Source: Tubiluchus corallicola
Lineage: Eukaryota; Animalia; Priapulida
Direction: 5' to 3'
Length of the DNA: 64,000 nucleotides
Assembly (NCBI GenBank): GCA_030141605.1
Contig: JAQGDQ010000532.1
Span: forward strand, 87,884-151,883
A program made the position numbers and the translations under genes. A model generated the notes under the pieces. The model did not search any database, was not told the origin of the DNA, and saw only the letters and a list, made by a program, of their open reading frames with translations. Positions 42,001-52,185 of the stretch are shown here, piece after piece (the stretch's first letter is position 1; each line of letters opens with the position of its first letter).

Positions 42001-44847
42001 TAGGAAAATAATTGCAAGTTCTTGTATACACTAATTCGTATGTGGTAAACTAGATCTGACATTTTTATCAGTGTAATAATCCCAAAACACAAAAATGTTT
42101 AAAATTTTATTACAAGAAAAATGTTTTGTTTATTATTGTTAGAAATGTCAGAAAATATTTAGAGAAAGCTTTGTAGGCCTTATATTCGAGGTTATTGTTT
42201 TTTCAACAAAAGGCAATCGAAAATTCTATAGACAGTTTTCTATTTTTAATCTTTACCATAACAAGCCATTTGAAAGCATGTTAAGTAAGTGTGTTTGATA
42301 TTTTTCCGTAAAAATTTGCTTCAGACGACAGAAAGTATGATGCGTGAAGGTCGTGAATAAACTGTATGCATGAAAATATCTTACAAGGTCCATCAGAACT
42401 CTTAATACTTTGGTCCACCTGAGTATTTTTGAGAAACTGAGCGGTAGGAAACTCATTCTGTAGCTGAGCCTGGAATGACGAGATTCTCTCCAACGCATCA
42501 CCACGGTAAATAAACACCTTGTTCTGCAAACACAAAATGCGTGCCACGGTTAACGGTGGTTTTCTTGTTATTATTTGTTCTCAAAAAAGCTCATAGATGT
42601 TGAAAGGTAAGAGATATTTTCATCGCTTAGGAATAATTTCCAAGTTATACGCAGTTTACTAAACTGACAGTGGTTTTTAAGCAAGAAGATGGGCTTAAAA
42701 CACTCTGCTCCTCTTAGTGCTTGTTTTACTAAGGACTGTCCCACATTTGGTCATTAAATCTGGCGCGCCAAACACCGAACTTTCAGAGATATAGTATTGT
42801 ACCACTCATCAAACAATTGTATTTTTCCCAACGAAAGTATTGTACCACTCATCAAACAATTGTATTTTTCCCAATGAAAGTATCGTACCACTCTCCAAAC
42901 AGTTGTTTTTTTTCAAATTAAATTACTTCAAACAGTCTCTCGAGGTAAAAAGTGAATAAAAGTTACTTTGAATTTTGCTCTGTCCATGCATGGCGTTCTC
43001 ACCACACACTAGTGGGTGGTAAGATCACCACCACCCCAATGCATGGCGTTCTCACCACACACTAGTGGGTAGCGTGATCACCACCCCCCCCCCCCAGTAG
43101 GTGGCGTGATCACCGCCACGCCATGCACCTCACCACACACTAGTGGATGGTGAGATCACCACCACCCCAATGCATGGCATTCTCACCACACACTAGTGGG
43201 TAGCATGATCACCACCACCACCGCAGTAGGTGGCGTGATCACTGCCACCCCAGTGCATGGCGTTCTCACCACACACTAGTGGGTAGCGTGATCACCACCA
43301 CCCCCAGTAGGTGGCGTGATCACCGCCACCCCAGTGCATGGCGTTCTCACCACCACCACCCCAGTAGGTGGCGTGATCACTGCCACCCCAGTGCAAGGCG
43401 TTCTCACCACACACTAGTGGGTAGCGTGATCACCACCACCCCCCAGTAGGTGGCGTGATCACCGCCACCCCAGTGCATGGCGTTCTCACCACACACTAGT
43501 GGATGGTGAGATCACCACCACCCCAATGCATGGCGTTCTCACCACACACTAGTGGGTAGCGTGATCACCACCACCCCCCAGTAGGTGGCGTGATCACTGC
43601 CACCCCAGTGCATGGCGTTCTCACCACACACTAGTGGATGGTGAGATCACCACCACCCCAATGCATGGCGTTCTTACCACACACTAGTGGGTGGTGTGAT
43701 CACCACCACCCCAATGCATGGCATTCTCACCACACACTAATGGGTAGCGTGATCACCACCACGCCAGTGCATAGCATGGTCACCACCACCCCAGTGGGCG
43801 GCGTGATCACCACCACCCCAATGCATGGCATTCTCACCACACACTAGTGGGTGGCGTGATCACCACCACCCCAATGCATGGCGTTCTCACCACCACCCCA
43901 GTGGGTGGCGCGGTCACCACCACGCCAGTGCATGGCGTGATCACCACCACCTCAATGCATGGCGTTCTCACCACACATTAGTGGGTGGCGTGATCACCAC
44001 CACCCCAGTGCATGGAATTCTCACCACACACTAGTGGGTATCGTGATCACCACCACACCAGTGCAGACAAAAGCCATGCAACCACAACAGTTAATAAACT
44101 TAATAATGCTGCACAGTGTTTGTAATTAGGCATTTACTATCATAACAAATAATACATATACGCTTTTTTTGCTGTATTATATACTGCCCGGCCCTCCCTG
44201 AACAGATATAAGAAACAGTTGAACAAATAAACCTTTAAAGCACACAAACGCTAAACCTACTAAAAGACTTACCCGGAGGAACAACGGTAAGCTCTTTCCA
44301 TAGAAACCGACACGGAAATAGTAGTGCTCCAGCCTCCACTGAGAGCGAATACAGTCAAAGAACTCTGCCTCTTTTCGCTAAGTAAATATCAAAATTGTAT
44401 AAAATTGATAAACTAAAGATTTCTTAACAATTAATAAAACATTAAATGTAGAAATTACAGAAAAAATCTCATTTCGTTCTCTTTTGGGATTTGAACCCAG
44501 TACCTGCTTGACTGTACGGGTACTTTATTAAGCCGTACCATAAAAAAATGGCTGACAAAGCAACCTGCTCATAGCATACACACAACCTGTTGGAATTCAA
44601 GCAGTTTCTTTTTAGTGTTAAGAATATTTCTCTACATTCCTATTGCCTAGTCAAGCTTAAATGTGCAAAAAATCAATAAACACAAGTCACATTTGCAATC
44701 ACAAAGATCATATTTGAATTAGCATCTAGAGACCTGTTTAAAATTGTGCATACTCACCAGGATCTGACTGAGATTACTGTAATTGTAGCACTTGTGCTCA
44801 TAAAGGTCAGCCAATTCTTTACACAAAGGTATCCCATATTCCCACGC
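26435..44847 (-). CDS. DOCK3/4: Dedicator of cytokinesis protein, DOCK-B (DOCK3/4-like) Rac GEF; 3' portion only (DHR2 domain and Pro-rich tail, about 770 aa); 5' exons lie beyond the window
   Basis: complement join of 44758-44847,44273-44377,42385-42523,40955-41118,39693-39841,37883-38018,36785-36868,36430-36549,34477-34625,33775-33898,32011-32056,31186-31398,29238-29348,27775-27866,26435-27025. GT-AG introns, consistent phases. DHR2 motifs: WEYGIPLCKELA, YFRVGFYGK..P.FLRNK.FIYRG, LPGILRWFEV, GVINAAVNGG..RFQ.AFF (nucleotide-sensor Val; the AAVNGG form is typical of DOCK3/4). Confidence 0.93.
27775..27866 (-). CDS. DOCK3/4: DOCK tail exon (AGSSLSPVPSGGDTTPTCDIDAPPRLPGRK)
   Basis: Acceptor gtaacag|, donor AAG|GTAAAT; phase 1 to 0. 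Confidence 0.85.
29238..29348 (-). CDS. DOCK3/4: DOCK tail exon (MLKIHDRILKSMEAAADYSKPVAVNDDDDDNNESDE), symmetric phase 1-1
   Basis: Acceptor aaaatag|, donor A|GTACGT; open 111-nt frame; could be a skippable cassette exon. Confidence 0.72.
29615..30135 (+). mobile_element. Dispersed repeat (copy 2 of the 18055-18690 family)
   Basis: Same colinear motifs as copy 1. Confidence 0.75.
30580..30800 (+). repeat. Dispersed repeat with a second copy at ~35965-36160
   Basis: Shared caatgttat...gtcaaaatggctg..tctaa..gtcat...gttttatacagc...cttgtgctctaa. Confidence 0.65.
31186..31398 (-). CDS. DOCK3/4: DOCK tail exon (SQTSVETLCPSSKRLDAMSDHQR...APPLPPKSPRLIM)
   Basis: Acceptor cttgcag|, donor A|GTAAGT; PPLPPK is a PxxPxK SH3-ligand motif. 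Confidence 0.87.
31671..31756 (-). pseudogene. 5'-truncated 5S rRNA copy (pseudogene or head of a 5S-derived SINE)
   Basis: Reverse complement reads tctgatcaccgaacttaagcaacgtagagcctggttagtacttggatgggtgaccgcctaggaataccaggtgctgtaggctt, about nt 35-120 of 5S rRNA; first ~35 nt missing; no oligo-T terminator. Confidence 0.88.
32011..32056 (-). CDS. DOCK3/4: DOCK small tail exon (NVGEGEMDNGASPPT)
   Basis: Acceptor tgtttcag|, donor CAG|GTACGC; required to bridge phase 0 to 1. Confidence 0.82.
32901..33168. repeat. 56-bp minisatellite, about 4.7 near-identical copies
   Basis: tcagcatgtaaaaacaatgtgggacagaattaagccagtttatgcagtacacatcc. Confidence 0.95.
33775..33898 (-). CDS. DOCK3/4: DOCK tail exon (IPTQGSPPTPGKQSREPSNTPFPLHEMRRDSGYQSRHFIEQ)
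   Basis: Acceptor ttctacag|, donor CAG|GTGGGA; phase 2 to 0. Confidence 0.82.
34477..34625 (-). CDS. DOCK3/4: DOCK tail exon (RKGSLQHGPWEMTSVDSASSLTSMDSSTETINSTSSFDMRTQPVTYRKF)
   Basis: Acceptor gttacag|, donor TC|GTAAGT; phase 0 to 2. Confidence 0.85.
34815..35602 (+). mobile_element. 5'-truncated LINE (CR1/L2-group) with ORF2 C-terminus, 3' UTR and tail
   Basis: QRKFVRI...LF....I..LEDL......YMYK...HYFTR...RTN.....IKF.AP..WNKL.....SFKKYLK; ends in gaaataaa(ttga)n. Confidence 0.82.
36430..36549 (-). CDS. DOCK3/4: DOCK exon (IEILNGALSLHERLVSQDLRQFHNELKRKFREMKQSVKES), end of DHR2
   Basis: Acceptor gaatag|, donor TCT|GTAAGT. Confidence 0.9.
36785..36868 (-). CDS. DOCK3/4: DOCK exon (AFFVPEYIQSHPDDVEYIAMLKQAMYEQ)
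   Basis: Acceptor atttcag|, donor CAG|GTATGC. Confidence 0.92.
36945..37640 (-). mobile_element. Degenerate LINE (CR1/L2-group) 3' fragment
   Basis: Minus-strand remnants WNDINDELK...QKFKKKYR, then a pyrimidine-rich UTR and aataaataaaaaaa tail. Confidence 0.6.
37883..38018 (-). CDS. DOCK3/4: DOCK exon (EDISNLSVAVRQERGGMIDDLKSFSMKLDGVINAAVNGGIKRFQS)
   Basis: Acceptor ttttttag|, donor TCG|GTATGA; catalytic AAVNGG loop. Confidence 0.9.
38858..39132 (-). mobile_element. tRNA-derived SINE with a MetaSINE-like central domain
   Basis: A box tagtctagtgg, B box gagttcgaacc, then gggtcataccaaagactttaaaaatggtacttgc and a (TAT)n tail. The Meta-domain assignment is from memory of the consensus. Confidence 0.8.
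39693..39841 (-). CDS. DOCK3/4: DOCK exon (NLYKERTTYTTSHCLPGILRWFEVVKTEVQELSPIQSACDTMHQKNIELR)
   Basis: Acceptor ttttgcag|; donor CG|GTGGGT chosen for its phase-2 match, so the 3' boundary is less certain. Confidence 0.85.
40115..40420. repeat. Degenerate ~34-bp tandem repeat
   Basis: gccagaaaatcaattgatcgttaattcgttaaat variants. Confidence 0.85.
40955..41118 (-). CDS. DOCK3/4: DOCK exon (IQVASVTPIPQRIAILEHVDIPSEIASFHRNNNINQFQLDLKVNKGPNSDDDIK)
   Basis: Acceptor ttctgcag|, donor AAG|GTATGT. Confidence 0.92.
42385..42523 (-). CDS. DOCK3/4: DOCK exon (NKVFIYRGDALERISSFQAQLQNEFPTAQFLKNTQVDQSIKSSDGP)
   Basis: Acceptor tttgcag|, donor T|GTAAGA. Confidence 0.92.
42985..44065. repeat. Complex GC-rich minisatellite made of shuffled sub-units
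   Basis: Modules catggcgttctcaccacacactagtggg / gcgtgatcaccaccacccc / agtaggtggcgtgatcac. Confidence 0.95.
44273..44377 (-). CDS. DOCK3/4: DOCK exon (RKEAEFFDCIRSQWRLEHYYFRVGFYGKSLPLFLR)
   Basis: Acceptor acttag|, donor CGG|GTAAGT. Confidence 0.93.
44758..44847 (-). CDS. DOCK3/4: DOCK exon (AWEYGIPLCKELADLYEHKCYNYSNLSQIL)
   Basis: Acceptor tttccag|, donor CTG|GTGAGT. Confidence 0.92.
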
Positions 44848-46949
44848 CTGGAAACAAAATGAATAATAGAATAGAAAAACAAATATCACAGTTAATATCA
44901 GTAATATACAAAAGAACTATAAAAAGCTCAGCAGAAGCAATTTTTCAATCACACAAATTTAGAGAGAACTGTAATTTCGTTCTACTATCCAACTGAGTTC
45001 ATTGGATGATTATATATAGTAGAAAATCTAAAAAAGTGCTATTTTGGATACCACTTTGCTCACCCTATTCAGAGGGGACAGTGACCTAAATACACATTAG
45101 TCTAAAACCTTATCTATATTTTGGGGTACACTGCAGCATTTAGGCTTGCCTACGGCTGACAGACAGATGTTCATTTTTTCATATGTAAATATGTTTGCAT
45201 TACTGATTACACAATATGTGTCAGGTGTGCCGGGGATACGTTGGATAAAGCTGGATCAAAAATATCGACACATTATATGTTTTTGCACAGCACATCACAA
45301 GTCAATTATGCTATCCAAAAAGACATTACAATTACTATATCTGAAAAATTCAGTATGATATCTAAATAGATTATATTTCAATAACTAAAAGCTGTCTAAT
45401 TAAACCATATTACAAATTTACACATAAATGTACTCAGGGTCGAAGAAATGTCTGTATATTTAACCAACGATCACCTGCATTTTTGAAATTCTGACAAAGC
45501 CAGGCTAAGTTTATTGTGTTATTTGCATGAAGGCTTTAGCGTTCTCTTAGAATCTGCATTTAGTTTTCAACTATTCAACAAAAGATGTTACTATGAATGT
45601 TGAGAACATATTGGTTCTGTAACAATTGTCATTTTTGTTGTAAGAAATAAAAACTTTGCTTCTAGCAAAGCTCCATCCACCAATTGAACCAGCGCTGAAG
45701 TAAAGCAAAAAAGAGAGTAACAAAGGTGGGTGACGGGAATAGTCAAATGATCACAGTGTATGTAGTTTACAGCTACACTGAAGCAATACTGGGGCTAATC
45801 AGTAAATGGATGGCTGACAACCTGAACAATTTGACCTGCTATAGTGCCTTGGATATTTCTCTCACTAGACGATATATATAAATATAAAGGAAAAATATTT
45901 TTGTGCATCTTTTTTTGAATATTTTAGCAGAAATTGCTTACTAATGTGCAAGTTGACTACATACACGCTCTACAGCGTTGGCAAAGCTTCTGCCTATAAC
46001 ACCCACACAGTCAGGGCAACAGCCTTAGTTTTAATCAAGTGGAAATGGGCTTAATCATCAGTATAATGATTGAAATCTTGATACGCACTGGTAGCATAAA
46101 GCTTGTCTTATTAATACAATGACCCAGAAATAAAGCGCAGAGATCTAATCTCAGGGAAACAATAAAACCCTATTAAGTTAAATTACAAACAGAAAGCAAA
46201 AAAAACAAACAAAACTAAATGCAATCACAATACAGCAGAAAAATGATGGTCACCCAGAAAGTTGAAAGCTGGGTTAAACAGTAAAGAAAAAAGAAAAACA
46301 AGAGAAGAAAAGCAGAGAGTAGAGAGGGGAAGAGAAAAAACAGAAGAGATAGAGAAAAGAAAAAATGAAAGAGAAAATGATTTAAATTTAATAACTCTTA
46401 ACTTCCCTAGGAAAAATTACAATTATGAACAGGAATATTATGCCTAAAATTTACCTTCCTGCTGAAGTTCAATAAAATGTGTATAAGTTTTCTGTCACAA
46501 AATTATATTATAAATTGAGTGTAAAACACAATTCCTTAAAGCCAAGTATGTACTGAAATGAAACGACAAATGACAAAAACAAGGTAACAATATTATCTTT
46601 TTAAAGGATTTATTTATTTACATTAAACTATTGATTTGTTCATATAAAACTCGATTTTTACCAAAAAATGTCGAAAATAATGACGAGCAGATATAAAAAA
46701 TTAAAATGTGTATATTACGTAATTAGCCGTGTAATTTTATTTGTTACTTAATCTATTTTGATTGAGTAAACACAAAAAACGGTCCCAAGTTTCAGTATGA
46801 GCGACCGTCCATAGTTATCAAGGTAAAATAACCCCCGTGAGCCTGTCTGCACTCTGTATTCCACAGTTATAATAAACCCTCACGCTACATTGCAAAATAT
46901 TTACTGTAAATCCTAAACAATAGAAAGACCTTTGTTCATTTATGGACTC

Positions 46950-47220
46950 GCTATAGTCACTACCACGCGACCGAAACACGTGCAACCGCCATTGTTCTGT
47001 AGTAATAAACACGCATCTGTTGACTGCTTGAGTTACGCGCATCTCCATTGGACGAGGGCGGTCACGTGAGCACGCTTGTGTGTTAATTCATTAGCAGAAG
47101 CCGTAAAGCAAAGGCGAGAAGGTAAACAGTTATACGATTTACACACGTGTTCAACAAAGCTGGCGGTAACAAAGAACTGTGCATTTGTAGTAAAATGCAG
47201 TGAGTGAAAAAACAGCAAGG
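46950..47220 (+). promoter_or_regulatory. CpG-rich promoter-like region, candidate promoter of the nested gene
   Basis: ATTGG (reverse CCAAT) 47047-47051, GAGGGCGG 47054-47061, GTCACGTGAG 47061-47070, further CACGTG near 46977 and 47144; downstream donor AAG|GTATAC at 47643 could close a non-coding first exon. Confidence 0.45.
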
Positions 47221-50200
47221 AAAAATTCGTAAATTATAAATTATTTTACAGAAAGGCTGCTCTTTGGAAAACAACATTTTTATTACAGTGATTATCACCT
47301 ATTTTAGTACCCAGTTTGAGATGCAATAATAGAACGTGAACGAAATCAATTTTATTACGATAAAATCTCTTTTTTGGACAGAGATGACATTGAGAGGAAT
47401 TGACGTGAACTGTTTGAAGAGCTCTAACGAAGCTTGATTTAAAAAATATTCGCAGTTCGAACAAGGCGCAGAGGTAATCTAATCAAGTCATAACTGAAGG
47501 CGAAAAGTTTATTATTGAAAAGTGAGCCCACGATTCGTCTTACGCAAGAGTTATTGATTGAAGTTCAGTAAAGCAAAGACAACTTGGAAGATAAAGCTGG
47601 AGAAACAGTGACAACAGCGGGACCTGTTACAAATTTACACAAGGTATACAAAGTCAGTTTGAAATTTCATACTAATGTAGTAATTTAGTCAAATTAAAAC
47701 CAAAGTAGTTTAATACATAAATTACTGAATAATATTGGTTTGTTAACAAAAATGTTAAGCAACTGTTCACTATAGTAACAATTTATTAGTAACAGAAATT
47801 ATAATTAATCACAAAAAAGTAAAAATTCATTTATAAACTAAAGTCATTGTTCTATACTATAAGCAAAGATGTTAAACGAGCCTTCAAAAATAAAGCGGCC
47901 AATAAATAGACAGACATCTCGTTGTATAGGAGCAATTAACTCTTTCTGTGTGGCTATAATGAGCTCAAATCATATAATGGCAATCAAGCTAGTAGAATGG
48001 CTGAAATGAAGAGATTAACTGGGATGATTAGCAAAGTGCCTAGGCAGGTGGTGCAATAATTGCAAATCAACCTTATTATGCAATCAGCTGCAACATATCT
48101 CTTACTCAGTCATAGCTAAGTCTATATTCCAAAAAAGGTTAAAATGTATCAATATTATTAGGATTTACAGCTTGAACATTTCATCATACTTGTTTACTGA
48201 GTGAATACTTTTTGCTTGCACATTTGTTTGACTTTTGTCTGTTTATCCGCATATTTTCTGATTTGCATATTCGTTTGTGGCGTTGAATGACTTATTTGTC
48301 TATTTACTTCGCTGTTGTTTGCTTGATTGATAGTTTGTAATCAGTGCAAAGCAGTTCATCACAGGATGGTAACTGCAATTGGAAAAATCAGAAGCAGGTG
48401 CTGTAATTAGTACACGGTTTCATGTAACGAATTTAATATTTAGGAATAAAAACTAAAAAAATTGAAAGTAGCTAACTATTCAAAAAATTCAACAAACTCA
48501 AATTTAACACCCATCATGCGAGACAAAAAAAATAAAAAATTTAATGACTGCAACAAAACATTATTTTTAGTCACCGGAACGGTGTCAGTTCCTATGTATC
48601 CTGCGTTGTGCACTTAGCTTCACTATGAAACTGCACAAAACACAATGCGCCAGATGGCAACACTATAATAGTTTATGCCAGCCAGTCAATTAAGCTTCGG
48701 ACAGCATGCAAAGCTGTATAAATCACTCTGGGAACCCCTAAAAATAGAGCACCTGGCAGGAGTCGGCTAGGTTTCCATGACAACAAAGGAAATGGATGCA
48801 AATCTCAGTGTTGCTAATGATGAAACTGACATAATTGGGCATATCCTTGCCTGATTGGAAGTTAAGAAGTGTGCATAACCTGCTTATCTAATCACTGAAC
48901 CCTAAGATGTGGTAGTGATGATTCACGCGATGCTTGACTGCTAGCGCCACTAACGGATAGTAGTGGAACTAGTCTTTTGCAGGTTTTAATTGGTTATAGA
49001 GTGACATCCTATATAGTGAGATGAAATTAATGAGCTGCGTGTCGTACACACAGGAATAAAACTAATTGAGTGTTTACATCACTGGCACTGCAAAAACCAG
49101 GCGTCCCCAGAGCCTGGGATGGCGAATAAATCATTAAACAACAAAGTACATTATGTAACACTAGTATCGTCATAAACAGTTTTACTAAGTAAATTATAGC
49201 TACATTTATTTACTTGGTTGGAGGGGTGTAAATTTTAAATTGATGTGATATCTTACTTAAATAGTGAAAATCAGAAAGCCAGTGTCTTTGCACATAATTC
49301 TCAATAATTTCAAGCATCTTCTATAATGGATTATATAACTTGTTTTCTATATGTAACCAGTACAAAACTTTTCACACAAACGATAATTTCGTTTCGAAAG
49401 ATTTTTCCTGTACATCAGATCAGATCAGACAAATCAGATTTAAGAGGTAATGTTAGCGAAGAAACTGATTGTAAAATTTCATTAAAGAAGTTAAATGGAC
49501 TTTGGAACATAATTGTTTTGTGTTTTTAGTAGGAAGGAGTTGAGTGTCATTCTAACGTAAGTTACTCTCACTTACTGTACACATTCACGTTGCTTACTAA
49601 TCTTGTTAAGTAATGTTATTTTGCTTGTTGATGTGTTTTTATATTTGATGTGATTGTACAACAAGTACCAATAACTATATATATATATGTTGAAATACTG
49701 GATGTTCATAGTCACATACTAAAAGATATGAGATCTGTTATTGCCCTAGTGGCGGAGTCCACAAGAAAGTTAATAACTAGAGTGTAACCACAATAAAGCA
49801 TGAATCAGAGCCACAAGGCACCAAATCTGATTTACAAAAAAGCTTATCCAATCAGCAGTCAATTACTTTAGGTATAAACCAGCCCTTGAGTGATGACTGA
49901 TGACTCGAGTGAGGTCATCTTCACAACATTATGTATTGAAAAGTATTCTAGTGTCTGTTTGTCTGTCTGCAAACCTTCTAGAAATTAATTCCCAAAACAC
50001 GAAATTTGATCGGAAGATTAGTTTCTCAAACACTGCGTCTATAACTGCCATTTTTTTAAATTTGACCATCATGTTGAGGGTCACAGTCACGAGTAACTTA
50101 GTAAAACGAGGACTAATTATACATTATCAAACAGACAACAAAAACTACAGTGACACAAAACTAGTCAGAAACTCTGAGATAAAAACCAAAAGTAAAGAAT

Positions 50201-51479
50201 CAAACAAACTAAGCAGCCAGAACACCAACAAAATGATCAAGGTCAAAAGTCAACATCAAAGGTGAATTATAATCTGATATTCTAAAATCTAAAAACAGTA
50301 TAAAACAAATTATCGCTAGATTAAAAAAGCACATGAACACTTGAGAAGTGAACATGTAAATAGTATTCGAATGTGGCCTTTAAGGCAAAGAATATTCTAG
50401 GCTGTCAATTGAGAAGAGAGGTCAAAAACATCAACCTTAAAAATAAGGTCAAAAATATCAGTTTAAGGTCAAAACATCAATCTCAGAAGGTCAAAAACCT
50501 CAATTGCAAAGCTGGTACCCCTATCTAATCTGCTGAGAGGGAAAGTGAAAAAATAGAGATGCAACTGCAACATCCAGGTAATAAACTGAGTGATCCATTC
50601 ATTAATGTATTGACACCAGGAGATAAAGGTCACCAATCCAATTTCTAACCAGGGCAAACACCCTGACCACTCAGCTATTACCATCCACAACTGCTTGCTT
50701 GTTTGCTTACCTAGCTATAGGTACTTAGCGTTATTTTACAAGTTGTATCTAGGTGAACACAGCCAGGGAAACATTCATAAATTGACTTAAATATTTTTGG
50801 ACGTTGGGCTAACAAAACTGTAACAGACACTGTTGGTGAAAGTTAACGGATGACAATCTAAAGACGTTTATTTCACGATTTTCTCTTCACAACGTATAAA
50901 TTTTGTCGAAAAACTGAAACTCAATGCTGTATTTGCATCCAACAAGGCATGTAATGAGCAAGTCAAAGAAAACAGAAAGCCTAAAAATTAAAATTAGAAT
51001 GAGGCCATTCAGTGAGCATGCAAGCCCACGTGGTCAAGTAAAGTCATTATGGGCAAAATTTTTCATTTTGACACTTTCTGACCTTGTGACCTAAATCTTT
51101 GGCCTGCTGCACCCCTAAAAGCAATGAGTTTCAGACCTTATCCCTGTGCGAACTCTGGCAATTTTAACCACATCCGTTTTTTTATTTTACAACGCATTTG
51201 ACCTCGTGACCTTGACCTGTAACCTAAAAGAGGTCATTTCAACTGTTACTGGACCTATTTTGCCAAACTTGGTCAAATTACCCGTTCAGTCCGTTCTGAC
51301 CCACACAGCCAGGCGTCATTTTCCAGGCGTCAACAATTACTGTCCCACAACGAATTATTGCCAATTAGACACACACTTGCAAAGCAAGCACACAATACTA
51401 CGGAGGCTGAAAAATTTACATGTCAAAGGATATTTAAATTATTCAGGCCAGCTTGAGTTTTACCATAAATATAATTAAA

Positions 51480-51870
51480 TAGGCACAGCAAGCTTATGAA
51501 TAACGATTTTGCGGTTGGGTGTTGACTTAAGTCGTACCCTACTAATAAGTCAACAGACTGCAGCATGCTGCTTCTTAAATAAAAGTGATTATCCACATCG
51601 CTGATCAATATTCAGTAAGTAAATTACACTGGAATCAGATATCCTTAATACCAAACAACTTGTATGTTGAGGGGACGGGTTGCATGGCAGCTCCATGGCT
51701 GAGTGGATAGAGGTGCACACGTCAGGATATTCGTTTTTGGAAGTACGATGAATAAATCTTGACTATTTGCAGAACGGAAGGCTGAATCCACTAATGAAAA
51801 AAAGCAAATAGTGCAGCAAATCAGAGACAATAGTACAGTGGTCTGTTATACAGGTGGGGCTGTAAAATAC
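51480..51870 (-). mobile_element. Degenerate CR1-like LINE fragment
   Basis: Frameshifted remnants resembling the RPxLEY..PVWSP region (TCAPLSTQPWSC). Confidence 0.4.
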
Positions 51871-51904
51871 AGCTAAACTACATGAGAGTTTATCATCCAA
51901 GTAT

Positions 51905-52185
51905 TGCATCTCATCTCATCTCGCACTGCCTCACATCTCCTCACCTCACATTGCCTCACTTCACCTCATCTCACCTCACCTCACATCGCATCACTTCACC
52001 TCACATTGCCTCACTTCACCTCACCTCACATTGCCTCATCTCACCTCACCTCACCTCACCTCACATCTACTCATCTCACCTTACCTCACATTGCCTCACC
52101 TCATTTCACCTCACATTGCCTCACCTCACATCGCCTCACCTCACATTGGCTCACCTCACCTCACATTGCCTCACTTCACCTCAAT
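51905..52185. repeat. (CCTCA)n pentanucleotide microsatellite
   Basis: cacct/cacat/tgcct units; source of two spurious ORFs. Confidence 0.95.

Noticed and set aside
46455-46491. 37-nt - strand exon candidate KLIHILLNFSRK directly upstream of AWEYG
   Set aside because: Splice sites are plausible, but it is too short and lacks the conserved G of FDxGK; junction reads would be needed.
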